Positions 27,479 through 36,636 of a stretch of DNA of 64,000 nucleotides are shown here, in pieces. The DNA comes from a virus: positions 1 to 64,000 of the IMG/VR virus record IMGVR_UViG_3300020477_001447. One strand, written 5' to 3'. A program made the position numbers and the translations under genes. The stretch's first letter is position 1. Every line of letters begins with the position of its first letter. The notes beneath the pieces are model-generated. The model searched no databases. It worked only from the letters and a program-made list of their open reading frames with translations, and was not told the DNA's origin.

Positions 27479-27554
27479 TGAGGTGTAGTTCAACTGGCAG
27501 AGCGCCAGACTTTGAATCTGGTTGTTGCAGGTTCGAGTCCTGCCACCTCAACCA
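27479..27554 (+). tRNA. tRNA-Gln(TTG)
   Basis: ccaga-ctTTGaa-tctgg; U1-A72; CCA. Confidence 0.93.
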
Positions 27555-27561
27555 TTCATCA

Positions 27562-27637
<76 letters not shown>

Positions 27638-27646
27638 TATAATATT

Positions 27647-27892
27647 ATGAAACCACAAAACGATTTAGATATTTTAGATGAACTAGTAGTAGATACAATT
27701 CTATCAAATGTAAAACATGAGTTTGATGCCATAATTGGACAAATATATTTTCTTTATAGGAAACGAGATAATACATATTTTGTATCGATGGTTGAACCAG
27801 AATATTGGACAAAGTATAATTTTGATCTAATATCCCAGGTTAAATTCACTCATGAACAATCATGGATGAGCGTAGATGGAACGGGGATGTAG
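27647..27892 (+). CDS. hypothetical protein (possibly DUF2452-like) between tRNAs
   Basis: F..IIGQIYFLY...F.SMV.PE.W pattern; stop codon lies inside tRNA-Ala. Confidence 0.6.
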   Translation: MKPQNDLDILDELVVDTILSNVKHEFDAIIGQIYFLYRKRDNTYFVSMVEPEYWTKYNFDLISQVKFTHEQSWMSVDGTGM

Positions 27893-27958
27893 CTCAGTTG
27901 GGAGAGCAGCTGCCTTGCACGCAGCAGGTCGCAGGTTCGACTCCTGTCGTCTCCACCA
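27883..27958 (+). tRNA. tRNA-Ala(TGC)
   Basis: GGGGATG acceptor with G3.U70; gctgc-ctTGCac-gcagc; CCA. Confidence 0.95.
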
Positions 27959-27967
27959 TTGTTTTCC

Positions 27968-27996
27968 TTTAAATAATCATATAAATAGACTATAAT
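27968..27996 (+). promoter_or_regulatory. sigma70-like promoter TTTAAA-N17-TATAAT
   Basis: -10 ends 9 nt before tRNA-Pro. Confidence 0.55.
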
Positions 27997-28005
27997 TATA
28001 TTGGA

Positions 28006-28083
28006 CGGGGTATGGCGCAGTCTGGCTAGCGCACTCGCTTTGGGAGCGAGGGGTCGTAGGTTCGAATCCTACTACCCCGACCA
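28006..28083 (+). tRNA. tRNA-Pro(TGG)
   Basis: ctcgc-ttTGGga-gcgag; CGGGGTA acceptor; CCA. Confidence 0.95.
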
Positions 28084-28104
28084 TTTAATGAGAGACACCA
28101 TTTT

Positions 28105-28193
28105 GGAAGCGTGTCCGAGAGGCCGAAGGAGCACGATTGGAAATCGTGTGTGGTTCATAGCTACCGTAGGTTCGAATCCTACCGCTTCCGCCA
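28105..28193 (+). tRNA. tRNA-Ser(GGA)
   Basis: cacga-ttGGAaa-tcgtg; long variable arm; G73-CCA. Confidence 0.95.
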
Positions 28194-28206
28194 TATATGG
28201 GATTTT

Positions 28207-28464
28207 ATGGAGAATATTGAGTTAGTTATAGCAGCTTGTTCTTTTTTAATGTGCGTCATGATTATGATCGGCACATGGATTCGTTTTACACGTTATCATT
28301 TTACTATAGAAAATCTATGGTCTAGAATAGTTAGACTAGAAATGATTATGTCATATAATAATTTACACCCCCCAGAATGGGACATAGATTATTTAGAAGA
28401 ACAGAGGCAAAGGTATTATCAATCCGACAATGTTGTCTATATAAACTATGATGAAGAACAATAA
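28207..28464 (+). CDS. membrane-anchored hypothetical protein
   Basis: ATG 28207 after tRNA-Ser; N-terminal TM. Confidence 0.55.
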   Translation: MENIELVIAACSFLMCVMIMIGTWIRFTRYHFTIENLWSRIVRLEMIMSYNNLHPPEWDIDYLEEQRQRYYQSDNVVYINYDEEQ

Positions 28465-28539
<75 letters not shown>

Positions 28540-28602
28540 AATTGAGATTAATAAAGAACGCATTGCTCGTCCGGACCTATATAGTAATAAGGAGCCCCTA
28601 CG

Positions 28603-29841
28603 ATGAGCGTCTTTAGAGAACACAAGTCTAACGTAGATAGAAGTGCTACAGATCGAAAACGACATAAAGAAAAAATTGAAAAAGCCATAAAGGAAAGCAT
28701 CAAAGATGTTGTAGCCGAAGAAAGCATTATTGGTCAAAACGGGAAAAAGAAGATAAAAATACCGGTAAAGGGAATAAAAGAGTACCGGTTTGTTTATGGT
28801 AAAAATGATAAAAATAAAACAGTTGGATCCGCTGGTGACATTAATGTAAAAAAGGGGCAAAAGGTTGGTCGCTCTACAGCCAACAGAATTTCAAAAGGAA
28901 ACAAACCATCAGATAAAGCTGGTGAAGAAAAGTACGAAGTAGAAATAAGTCTAGAAGAATTAGCTAGTTATCTGTTCGATAGCCTCCAGTTGCCGGAACT
29001 AGAAAAGAAAAGATTTAAATTTATAAATCAAGAGAAGTTAAGAAGAAAAGGACACAGGCTACAAGGCATAAGGTCCAGACTTTCAAAGAAAGAAACTCTT
29101 AAAAGAAAAATCAAACGAAAAAAGCAGGCAATTGCTGCAGGTACTCACGATCCGGACAGTGGTGAACGTTTTCCATTTCATAAAAATGACTTGAAATATC
29201 ACCACGTTAAGCCTAAAAACAAAGAAAATACAGCGGCTGTTATATTTTTTATAATGGATGTGTCTGGTTCTATGGATCAGGACAAAAAGTTTCTAGCAAG
29301 AAGCTTTTGTTTCCTGTTATATCAGTTTATTAGACATAAGTATGAAAATGTTGAAGTTGTATTTATTGCACACACAACAAAAGCGAAACAAGTAAATGAA
29401 AATGAGTTTTTCACACGGATAACTTCCGGAGGAACAATTATGTCCTCAGCATTAGAGCTAGAAAAGGAACTAATTGAAAAACAATATCATCCAAGTTCTT
29501 GGAATATATACACTTTTTATGCTGGTGATGGTGAAAACTGGCCAAGTGATATTAGAAAATCTACAAATATATTAAATGAAATGAAACAGTTTAATCAACT
29601 AATTGCATACACTGAAATCACACCGTGGGATACCAATGGTTGGCAAGATCCAAACTGGCCAGATTCAATTACAAAAACACCATATCACGCTAGAAGGACA
29701 AATCACAATCCTATGGGTATATCAATGTGGGAAGAGCTAAAGTTAATAGAAGATTCAACGTTGAAACGAGTGAAGATAGTAAACACAGAATCAATCTGGC
29801 CAGCATTTTCTAGATTGTTTGGAGGAAAAACTGATGGATGA
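28603..29841 (+). CDS. yeaH: YeaH/YhbH (DUF444) vWA-domain protein
   Basis: DR.RH...I...I.....EESII, FFIMDVSGSM (MIDAS), FIAHTT.AK, SGGT..SSA, WNIY.F..GDGEN. Confidence 0.92.
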   Translation: MSVFREHKSNVDRSATDRKRHKEKIEKAIKESIKDVVAEESIIGQNGKKKIKIPVKGIKEYRFVYGKNDKNKTVGSAGDINVKKGQKVGRSTANRISKGNKPSDKAGEEKYEVEISLEELASYLFDSLQLPELEKKRFKFINQEKLRRKGHRLQGIRSRLSKKETLKRKIKRKKQAIAAGTHDPDSGERFPFHKNDLKYHHVKPKNKENTAAVIFFIMDVSGSMDQDKKFLARSFCFLLYQFIRHKYENVEVVFIAHTTKAKQVNENEFFTRITSGGTIMSSALELEKELIEKQYHPSSWNIYTFYAGDGENWPSDIRKSTNILNEMKQFNQLIAYTEITPWDTNGWQDPNWPDSITKTPYHARRTNHNPMGISMWEELKLIEDSTLKRVKIVNTESIWPAFSRLFGGKTDG

Positions 29842-31150
29842 GTGGAACATCAAGGATCTAGAAGAGTGGGATAAAAAAATATGTGAATTAGGAGAGTCTT
29901 ATGGGCTGGACTGGTTTGATATTGATTATGAGATAATTGACTATCATGAAATGATTGGCGCTATGTCCTATGTTGGTATGCCAACCCATTATCGCCATTG
30001 GTCTTTTGGAAAATTATTTGAGATAACGCATGCAAAATATACAATGGGGCAAACTGGCCTACCATACGAGATGATTATTAATTCAAATCCAAGCATCGCC
30101 TATCTAATGAAAGAAAACCCAATGAGCACACACTTGTTAACAATGTCTCACTGTGTCGGTCACAGTGATTTCTTTAAAAACAATAGGATGTTCAAGCACA
30201 CTGATCCAGACAATGTAATATCTAAATTTAAATTAGGTTCAAAGAGAATACAACAATATCTTGAAGATCCATCAATAGGCGTCAACAAGGTAGAGAGAAT
30301 AATTGATGCCTGCCATGCGATAAAATACCAGATTCCACGCACACCGGGAATCAAAAGAAGAAGCCAAGAGGAACTTAAGGGCATCTATGTGCAAAAAATG
30401 TTAGATTCTACGGATGGTATCTTTGATGATATAGATTTAGATAAGTTTCCCTTAGAAAGAGATTATAATTTATTAGCCTTCATTCGCGAAAACTCTAGAA
30501 ATCTTAAAGATTGGGAGCGCGACGTTATTTCTATTGTTGAAGAAAATTCTAAATATTTCTTACCACAAGCGTATACTAAGATAATGAATGAGGGTTGGGC
30601 AGTCATGATGCATGAAAAGATTATGAAAGATTTGAATTTGCCCCATGCCTACCATTTGGCTTTTATAAAATTACATAATCAAGTTGTCAGGCCACACCTT
30701 GGTGGTGTTAACCCATATCACTTAGGATATACAATCTTTAAGAAGATCGAAGAAGAAAAAGGATTTGATGAATGCTTAATGGTGCGCGAGGTTCATAATG
30801 ACGTAACATTTTTAAGAAAATATTTAGATGAGCAATTGGCTAGAGACTTGAATTTATTTGCCTTTTCTTACAAAAAGAAGCAAAATGTACACACTATAGA
30901 TGATGTTTCTAACGAAGATGGGTGGGAGAACGTCCGCGATGCTCTAATTAGTACAGTAGGGTTAAACTCAGTACCGGTTGTGTATGTGGAGGAACTAATG
31001 AAAGATAACAGCTTGCACATCGTTCATGACCACGATGGTAGAGATTTAAATTTACAACATGGCCATAAAGTTTATGATCACATAAAAGAGTTATGGGGCG
31101 ACAACGTGATATTTACAACAATAATTGAAGAGGAACTGTGGGAATTCTAA
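29834..31150 (+). CDS. spoVR: SpoVR/YcgB family protein
   Basis: GMP.HY.HWSFGK, YEMIINSNP, HCVGHSDFFKNN, TKIMNEGWA, NPYHLG; GGAGG RBS before ATG 29834. Confidence 0.93.
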   Translation: MDEWNIKDLEEWDKKICELGESYGLDWFDIDYEIIDYHEMIGAMSYVGMPTHYRHWSFGKLFEITHAKYTMGQTGLPYEMIINSNPSIAYLMKENPMSTHLLTMSHCVGHSDFFKNNRMFKHTDPDNVISKFKLGSKRIQQYLEDPSIGVNKVERIIDACHAIKYQIPRTPGIKRRSQEELKGIYVQKMLDSTDGIFDDIDLDKFPLERDYNLLAFIRENSRNLKDWERDVISIVEENSKYFLPQAYTKIMNEGWAVMMHEKIMKDLNLPHAYHLAFIKLHNQVVRPHLGGVNPYHLGYTIFKKIEEEKGFDECLMVREVHNDVTFLRKYLDEQLARDLNLFAFSYKKKQNVHTIDDVSNEDGWENVRDALISTVGLNSVPVVYVEELMKDNSLHIVHDHDGRDLNLQHGHKVYDHIKELWGDNVIFTTIIEEELWEF

Positions 31151-31151
31151 A

Positions 31152-33086
31152 ATGAAAAAAACAACAAAATTTCTTAAAGAAATAGATAAACATAAGAGTC
31201 TCAAAAAGGCTGATAAATTTCAAGGTACTTTAGAAGATTATATTAACCTTTTGGAAGAAGATTCCTCTATTTGCAATTTAGCACATAAGAGGTTGTACGA
31301 TGCGCTGTCCAGCTATGGTATTACAGCGATGAAAGAGTCTGACTCTAGATGCAATAAGCTTTTCGGAGGCGAACAGCTAAAAACATACGATTATTTTCAA
31401 GATAAGTTTTTTGGAATGGAACGATCTTTAGCAAAAATCATGCGGTTTTTGAGATCAGCATCGCTCAAAGGCGAAGAGAGTCGACAAGTTTTACTTCTTT
31501 TAGGCCCCGTTGGAGCCGGCAAGTCAGCACTAGTTGAGCATATTAAGCGCGCCTTAGAAGCCTCCGCGCCAATTTATCATATTGAAGGTTGTCCTATACA
31601 GGAGGAGCCTCTTCACTTGGTACCAAGAAGTTTAAGGGAAAAATTTCAAGAAATTTACGGCATAAAAATAGAGGGTGATCTGTGTCCGGTTTGCCGACAC
31701 AATCTCTTAAATGAATATGGTGGCGATTATATGAAAGTACCTGTTGTACAAACAACCTTCTCTATTAGAGGCCGTCGAGGCGTTGGTGTTGTTCCACCAA
31801 TGGATGCTAACACACAAGACACTTCCATACTTATTGGTACAGAAGACATATCTAAACTGGATCTATATCCAGAGGATGATCCTCGCGTATTAAGTCTTAA
31901 TGGTGCTTTTAACGTTGGCAACCGCGGTATTGTAGAGTTTGTTGAGGTCTTCAAAAACGAAATTGAATTCTTACATACAATGATTACAGCAACACAGGAA
32001 AAAGCAATTCCATCTCCAGGCAAGCAAGCCATGATTTATTTTGATGGCGTGATTCTTTCACACTGCAATGAGGCTGAGTGGAATAAGTTTAAATCTGAAC
32101 ACACTAATGAAGCTATTTTAGATAGAATTGTACGAGTTAACGTACCGTATTGTTTAGAATATTCAGAAGAACAGAAAATCTATAAAAAACTTCTAGATGA
32201 GTCTGATTTTGAGTGCCACTTTGCCCCTCACACTTTAGAGTTTGCCTCTATGTTCGCGGTATTATCTCGCCTTAAGCCAACAAATAAGATCGATCTTCTT
32301 ACAAAGATGAAGATGTATAATGGTGAAGAGATAATTGAAAAAGGTTCCGTTCGTAAAATTGATATCGAAGACCTCCGTGAAGAGGTGATAGACGAAGGTA
32401 TGACAGGGATTTCCACTCGGTTTATTATGAAAGCAATCGACAACGCTCTTTCCGATTCAGAAAGGAACATGATTACTCCTATTTCCATTCGAGATTCTTT
32501 AGTTAAGCAAGTTAAAGAACAGATTGTAGATCAGGAAGCCAGAGAAAACTATTTGATTTTCTTACAGAAAGTTCTACACGAGGAATACTTAAGAATTCTA
32601 GAAAGAGAAATTACAAAAGCTTTTGTTTCTGCATATGATGAACAGGCAGAGTCTTTATTTAATAATTACTTAGATCATGCCGAGGCTTATGTGAATGCAA
32701 CAAAGGTCAAGGATCGGGTTACAAAAGAAGAGATTAATCCGGATGAAAACTTCATGGTGTCAATTGAACAACAGATTGGCATCCAGGGTAGTGCTAAGGA
32801 TAACTTTAGAAGTGATATCACAGCATATATGTTTGCAATGTTACGCCGCGGCGAAACTATTGACTGGAGGAGTTATGGCCCGCTTAGAGAGGCAATCGAA
32901 AACAAGCTAGTTGCTTCAGTCAAAGATATATCCCGCATTATTACAAAGAGTAAAAGCAGAGATAATAAGCAAAAAGGCAAATACAATGATATGGTTAGAA
33001 CACTAATAGATGACTACGGCTATAGTGAGGATTCAGCCGCAGAAATTATTAAGTTTGCCGCTAACAATCTCTGGAGAGATTCATAA
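31152..33086 (+). CDS. prkA: PrkA/YeaG AAA+ ATPase / serine kinase
   Basis: Walker A GPVGAGKS, CPIQEEPL, NRGIVEFVEVFK, NEAILDR, GISTRF. Confidence 0.94.
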   Translation: MKKTTKFLKEIDKHKSLKKADKFQGTLEDYINLLEEDSSICNLAHKRLYDALSSYGITAMKESDSRCNKLFGGEQLKTYDYFQDKFFGMERSLAKIMRFLRSASLKGEESRQVLLLLGPVGAGKSALVEHIKRALEASAPIYHIEGCPIQEEPLHLVPRSLREKFQEIYGIKIEGDLCPVCRHNLLNEYGGDYMKVPVVQTTFSIRGRRGVGVVPPMDANTQDTSILIGTEDISKLDLYPEDDPRVLSLNGAFNVGNRGIVEFVEVFKNEIEFLHTMITATQEKAIPSPGKQAMIYFDGVILSHCNEAEWNKFKSEHTNEAILDRIVRVNVPYCLEYSEEQKIYKKLLDESDFECHFAPHTLEFASMFAVLSRLKPTNKIDLLTKMKMYNGEEIIEKGSVRKIDIEDLREEVIDEGMTGISTRFIMKAIDNALSDSERNMITPISIRDSLVKQVKEQIVDQEARENYLIFLQKVLHEEYLRILEREITKAFVSAYDEQAESLFNNYLDHAEAYVNATKVKDRVTKEEINPDENFMVSIEQQIGIQGSAKDNFRSDITAYMFAMLRRGETIDWRSYGPLREAIENKLVASVKDISRIITKSKSRDNKQKGKYNDMVRTLIDDYGYSEDSAAEIIKFAANNLWRDS

Positions 33087-33099
33087 ATATAAGTGATAT

Positions 33100-34437
33100 A
33101 TGACAAAAAAGATATATGTGTTAGATACTAGTGTCTATTTAACAAATGCTGAGTCGATTTTTTCTTTTGATGACAATGATATAATCATTCCTTTAAAAGT
33201 CTTAGAAGAAGTAGACAAGCACAAAAAGCGCCAAGATGGTGCTGGGTTAAATGCTAGAACTATAATTAGAATTTTAGATATTCTTAGAGAAAGTGGAAGC
33301 CTTTATGAAGGCGTGTCTCTCGGTAGAGAATATGGTACTGTCCGTGCTCGTGGGATAGAAACACTACACACAGAGGAATTCCCAGTAGATCTAAATTTAC
33401 AAATTCCAGATCATATGATTATTGCAACGGCTTTGTCGGAAAAAATTGATAATCCCGAAAAGCAGGTAATCATGGTTACTAGGGATATCAACATGAGGGT
33501 TATATGCGACTCTTTGGGCCTATTGTGTGAAGATTTTGTTGATAACAAGATTGTTAAAAGTGGCGACAGTATTTTTACTGGTCACTTAACACACACGATT
33601 GCAGATTGTGAAATAGAAGCATTATATGCAAATGATGATATATATTTGGATCCCTCCGAAATTGACTTGCAACCAAATCAATTTGTAATGTTGACATCAG
33701 ATTTAAATCCGAAGAAAACTGTTTTGACAAGATTTTCTAACTATGTTACCCCACTAAAGAGAGTTGTGGCGTTTAAGAATGGTGTGTGGGGAGTCCGAGC
33801 TAGAAATAAAGAGCAAGCATATGCATTAGATCTGCTAATGAATCCAGATATATCATTAGTGACTTTGATAGGTAAAGCCGGCTCCGGTAAAACTCTTTGT
33901 GCTATAGCTGCCGGCATTCAGCAGATATTAGATATTCCATCCGATGGGAAAGAACCAAGGTATACCAGAATGATAGTCTCAAGACCAGTTCAACCGCTGG
34001 GGAAGGATATTGGCTTTTTACCTGGCACTATGGAAGAAAAGATGCATCCGTGGCTGATGCCAATTCAAGATAATTTACAATTCTTAATGGGTAATGATAA
34101 AGCTACGTTAGAAATGTACATGGAAAACGGTACAATAGAGATAGAGGCTTTGACATATATTCGTGGACGCTCCATCGCGAACGCTTTTATTATAATTGAT
34201 GAAGCTCAAAACTTAACAACTCACGAATTAAAGACTATCATTACAAGAGTTGGTGAAGGAACTAAGATTGTGTTGACGGGAGATGTTGAGCAGATTGACA
34301 ATACTTATATTGATGCCACAACTAACGGGCTAACACACGCTGTTGAAAAATTCAAAGAAACTGACCTAGCTGGTCACATTACTTTGTCCAAGGGCGAAAG
34401 ATCAAAAGTTGCGACACTAGCAGCAAAAATTTTATAG
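33100..34437 (+). CDS. phoH: PIN-PhoH fusion (PhoH2/YlaK-like)
   Basis: YVLDTSV PIN motif; GKAGSGKT, GFLPG, YIRGRS, DEAQN, GDVEQID. Confidence 0.92.
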   Translation: MTKKIYVLDTSVYLTNAESIFSFDDNDIIIPLKVLEEVDKHKKRQDGAGLNARTIIRILDILRESGSLYEGVSLGREYGTVRARGIETLHTEEFPVDLNLQIPDHMIIATALSEKIDNPEKQVIMVTRDINMRVICDSLGLLCEDFVDNKIVKSGDSIFTGHLTHTIADCEIEALYANDDIYLDPSEIDLQPNQFVMLTSDLNPKKTVLTRFSNYVTPLKRVVAFKNGVWGVRARNKEQAYALDLLMNPDISLVTLIGKAGSGKTLCAIAAGIQQILDIPSDGKEPRYTRMIVSRPVQPLGKDIGFLPGTMEEKMHPWLMPIQDNLQFLMGNDKATLEMYMENGTIEIEALTYIRGRSIANAFIIIDEAQNLTTHELKTIITRVGEGTKIVLTGDVEQIDNTYIDATTNGLTHAVEKFKETDLAGHITLSKGERSKVATLAAKIL

Positions 34438-34445
34438 GGGAAAAA

Positions 34446-34787
34446 ATGAGTTTAGGCGAAAATCCAACCTTAAATGAGGTTGTAGAAAAAAATACCCAAC
34501 TTAAAGAGTTGGTAGTCAATTATGTTGGCAATGCGCATAATCCAGAAAGTGGTGAAGTTACAGTCGAGATGATTGTTGAAACAATGGCAAAAGAATTCCC
34601 AGAGTTTTTAATGGTTATTGCAGAGGAAAATTGGATTAGAGGATATCATCAGGCTTTAAATGATGTTGAGCATGGTGAAAAATTAGCAAAAGAAGGCCAA
34701 ACTACTGCTACTGAACAGGGATCGGCCCACGCGCAACTTTCTGCCTTGGCAGAAAATAAGCAGAGTTCAACAACGGCAACAGAATAA
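34446..34787 (+). CDS. hypothetical protein
   Basis: 113 aa; EFPEFL..IAEENWIRGY.QAL.D. Confidence 0.65.
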   Translation: MSLGENPTLNEVVEKNTQLKELVVNYVGNAHNPESGEVTVEMIVETMAKEFPEFLMVIAEENWIRGYHQALNDVEHGEKLAKEGQTTATEQGSAHAQLSALAENKQSSTTATE

Positions 34788-35452
34788 TGAGAGATTTCGT
34801 CAAAGAGTCAGCTACAAAACAGCGGCGGGAATATCACTTGTATGATGATATTACCATGCTAGTGAAAGATTTTCCAGACTCTGACGAAATTGACTTATTA
34901 TCCTTTATATCAGAAGTTGAATCAGTAATACCTCGTCATTATTTTAATAATATTGATGTCGTCTATATTGGAGATTTTGATGATTTAAGCGGGCGTAATG
35001 CTGCTTATTTAGATGGTGCAATATACATGACTAATTCTGAGCCAACTATTTTTGATATGCTGGAAAATATTGTTCACGAAGTTGCGCACTCTCTAGAGGC
35101 ACCCTACAGTGACGTTATTTATGCTGATGGTAAAATTGCAAATGAATTTTTAGGTAAACGTAGAAGACTGCAGTCAATATTAGAGCAAGAGGGATATGAT
35201 ATCCCAGCCAGTTACTATGAGAATGTTGAGTATGATGAATCTTTTGATCATTTTTTAATGGATACGGTTGGATACCCTCTTTTAACTTCCTTAACGATGG
35301 GCCTGTTTATAAATCCATATGCAGCTACATCACTGAGAGAGTATTTTGCTTCTGGGTTTGAAAGCTTTTATCTTTTAGAATCGGACGATGTTAAGAAAAT
35401 AAGTCCTCAGCTTTCTCTTAAAATCAACTATTTACATAAATTGGGAGAGTAA
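34787..35452 (+). CDS. putative zinc metallopeptidase (HExxH)
   Basis: VHEVAHSLE ... YAATS.REYFA.GFE. Confidence 0.6.
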   Translation: MRDFVKESATKQRREYHLYDDITMLVKDFPDSDEIDLLSFISEVESVIPRHYFNNIDVVYIGDFDDLSGRNAAYLDGAIYMTNSEPTIFDMLENIVHEVAHSLEAPYSDVIYADGKIANEFLGKRRRLQSILEQEGYDIPASYYENVEYDESFDHFLMDTVGYPLLTSLTMGLFINPYAATSLREYFASGFESFYLLESDDVKKISPQLSLKINYLHKLGE

Positions 35453-35453
35453 A

Positions 35454-35852
35454 ATGTTAAAATTTTTTAGTGAATTAAAGAAAGAACTGTCTTTAGACGA
35501 TACAACAAATTTATTAACCGCAACGGTTAAGGTACCTAAAAAGACAAGAAGGAACTCTTTGATCCACGTTAAAGAAAAAACAGTTAGGACTTGGGTTGAA
35601 GGTTCTGGCTACAATATTGTAAATGTTGTTAAACACAATCATATCGATAATAGCCAGGATGTATCAGATAATACTTGGGTTTTTGAGGTCGAAAAATTAA
35701 TTGAAGCTACAACGGAACAAACAAAAAATAAAAAAGTAGTTGACAATTCTGAATCGGAGGATATAATAGAGAGTAAGCCGGTTCAACGACAGAAAAAAAC
35801 TCGCACCACGAGAAAGACAAAATCGAATACGAGCCGCAGAAATGAGGATTAG
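35454..35852 (+). CDS. hypothetical protein
   Basis: 132 aa, basic tail. Confidence 0.55.
   Translation: MLKFFSELKKELSLDDTTNLLTATVKVPKKTRRNSLIHVKEKTVRTWVEGSGYNIVNVVKHNHIDNSQDVSDNTWVFEVEKLIEATTEQTKNKKVVDNSESEDIIESKPVQRQKKTRTTRKTKSNTSRRNED
35740..35767 (+). promoter_or_regulatory. consensus sigma70 promoter TTGACA-N16-TATAAT inside a CDS
   Basis: Perfect hexamers with A-tract upstream; ~85 nt before the nuclease/glycan gene run. Confidence 0.7.
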
Positions 35853-36628
35853 TGTCTGCAAGAGCGCATATATCTTTTAGTGAGCTAAAGGATTGGAAAT
35901 TTTGTCCGTTTTATCATAACCTAGTTTGGGTACAAAAACTAAAATCATTTGAGGGTAATGAATATACTGCCTTTGGTACTGCTATTCATGATACTTGTGA
36001 AAAGAAACTACTAGGGGAAACCTTTGACGAAGGAAAGCATTTTCTAGCTTCCTTCAAGAAAGGTCTTAATGTATTAGAAGAGAAATCTATAGATTTAGAC
36101 ATGTCTCTTGTAGAAAAGATGATAGGTCAAGGTGTAAGTCTTCTTCCAGATATTGCACCGGCAGTTGATGAGTATTTCAAAGAATACGAGGTGGTTTCCA
36201 CAGAAGAACAACTTTATGAGCCCATCGAAGGCGTTGAAGATCTCCGATTTAAGGGATTCATCGATGCGACAATCAAAACACCAGATGGAAAATATCATAT
36301 TATTGATTGGAAAACTTGCTCTTGGGGTTGGGATGCCCGCCGCCGCCAGGATCCGATGGTCACATACCAGTTGACTTTGTATAAGAAATACTTTTGCGCA
36401 AAGCACAATATCGATCCTAAAAATGTAGAGACTTATTTTGCTTTACTTAAGCGTACAGCTAAGAATGATAAGGTTGAAATTTTCCGTGTGACTAGTGGTG
36501 CAAGAAAAACTGAAAATGCCTTTAAACTTTTGATGAAGGCTGTTTATAATATAAAAAATAAGAAGACGATCAAAAATCGTCTGTCTTGCACAAAATGCAC
36601 GTTTAGGAAAACTGAACACTGCCCTTAA
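35852..36628 (+). CDS. PD-(D/E)XK Cas4/RecB-like nuclease
   Basis: S.S....W..CP, FGTAIH, GFID, IIDWKT, QL.LY, C..C....CP. Confidence 0.88.
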   Translation: MSARAHISFSELKDWKFCPFYHNLVWVQKLKSFEGNEYTAFGTAIHDTCEKKLLGETFDEGKHFLASFKKGLNVLEEKSIDLDMSLVEKMIGQGVSLLPDIAPAVDEYFKEYEVVSTEEQLYEPIEGVEDLRFKGFIDATIKTPDGKYHIIDWKTCSWGWDARRRQDPMVTYQLTLYKKYFCAKHNIDPKNVETYFALLKRTAKNDKVEIFRVTSGARKTENAFKLLMKAVYNIKNKKTIKNRLSCTKCTFRKTEHCP

Positions 36629-36636
36629 GGAACAGT

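Noticed and set aside
35852-36628. Cas4-like gene as evidence of a CRISPR-Cas system
   Set aside because: Standalone PD-(D/E)XK nucleases are common in phages; no array or other cas genes in the window
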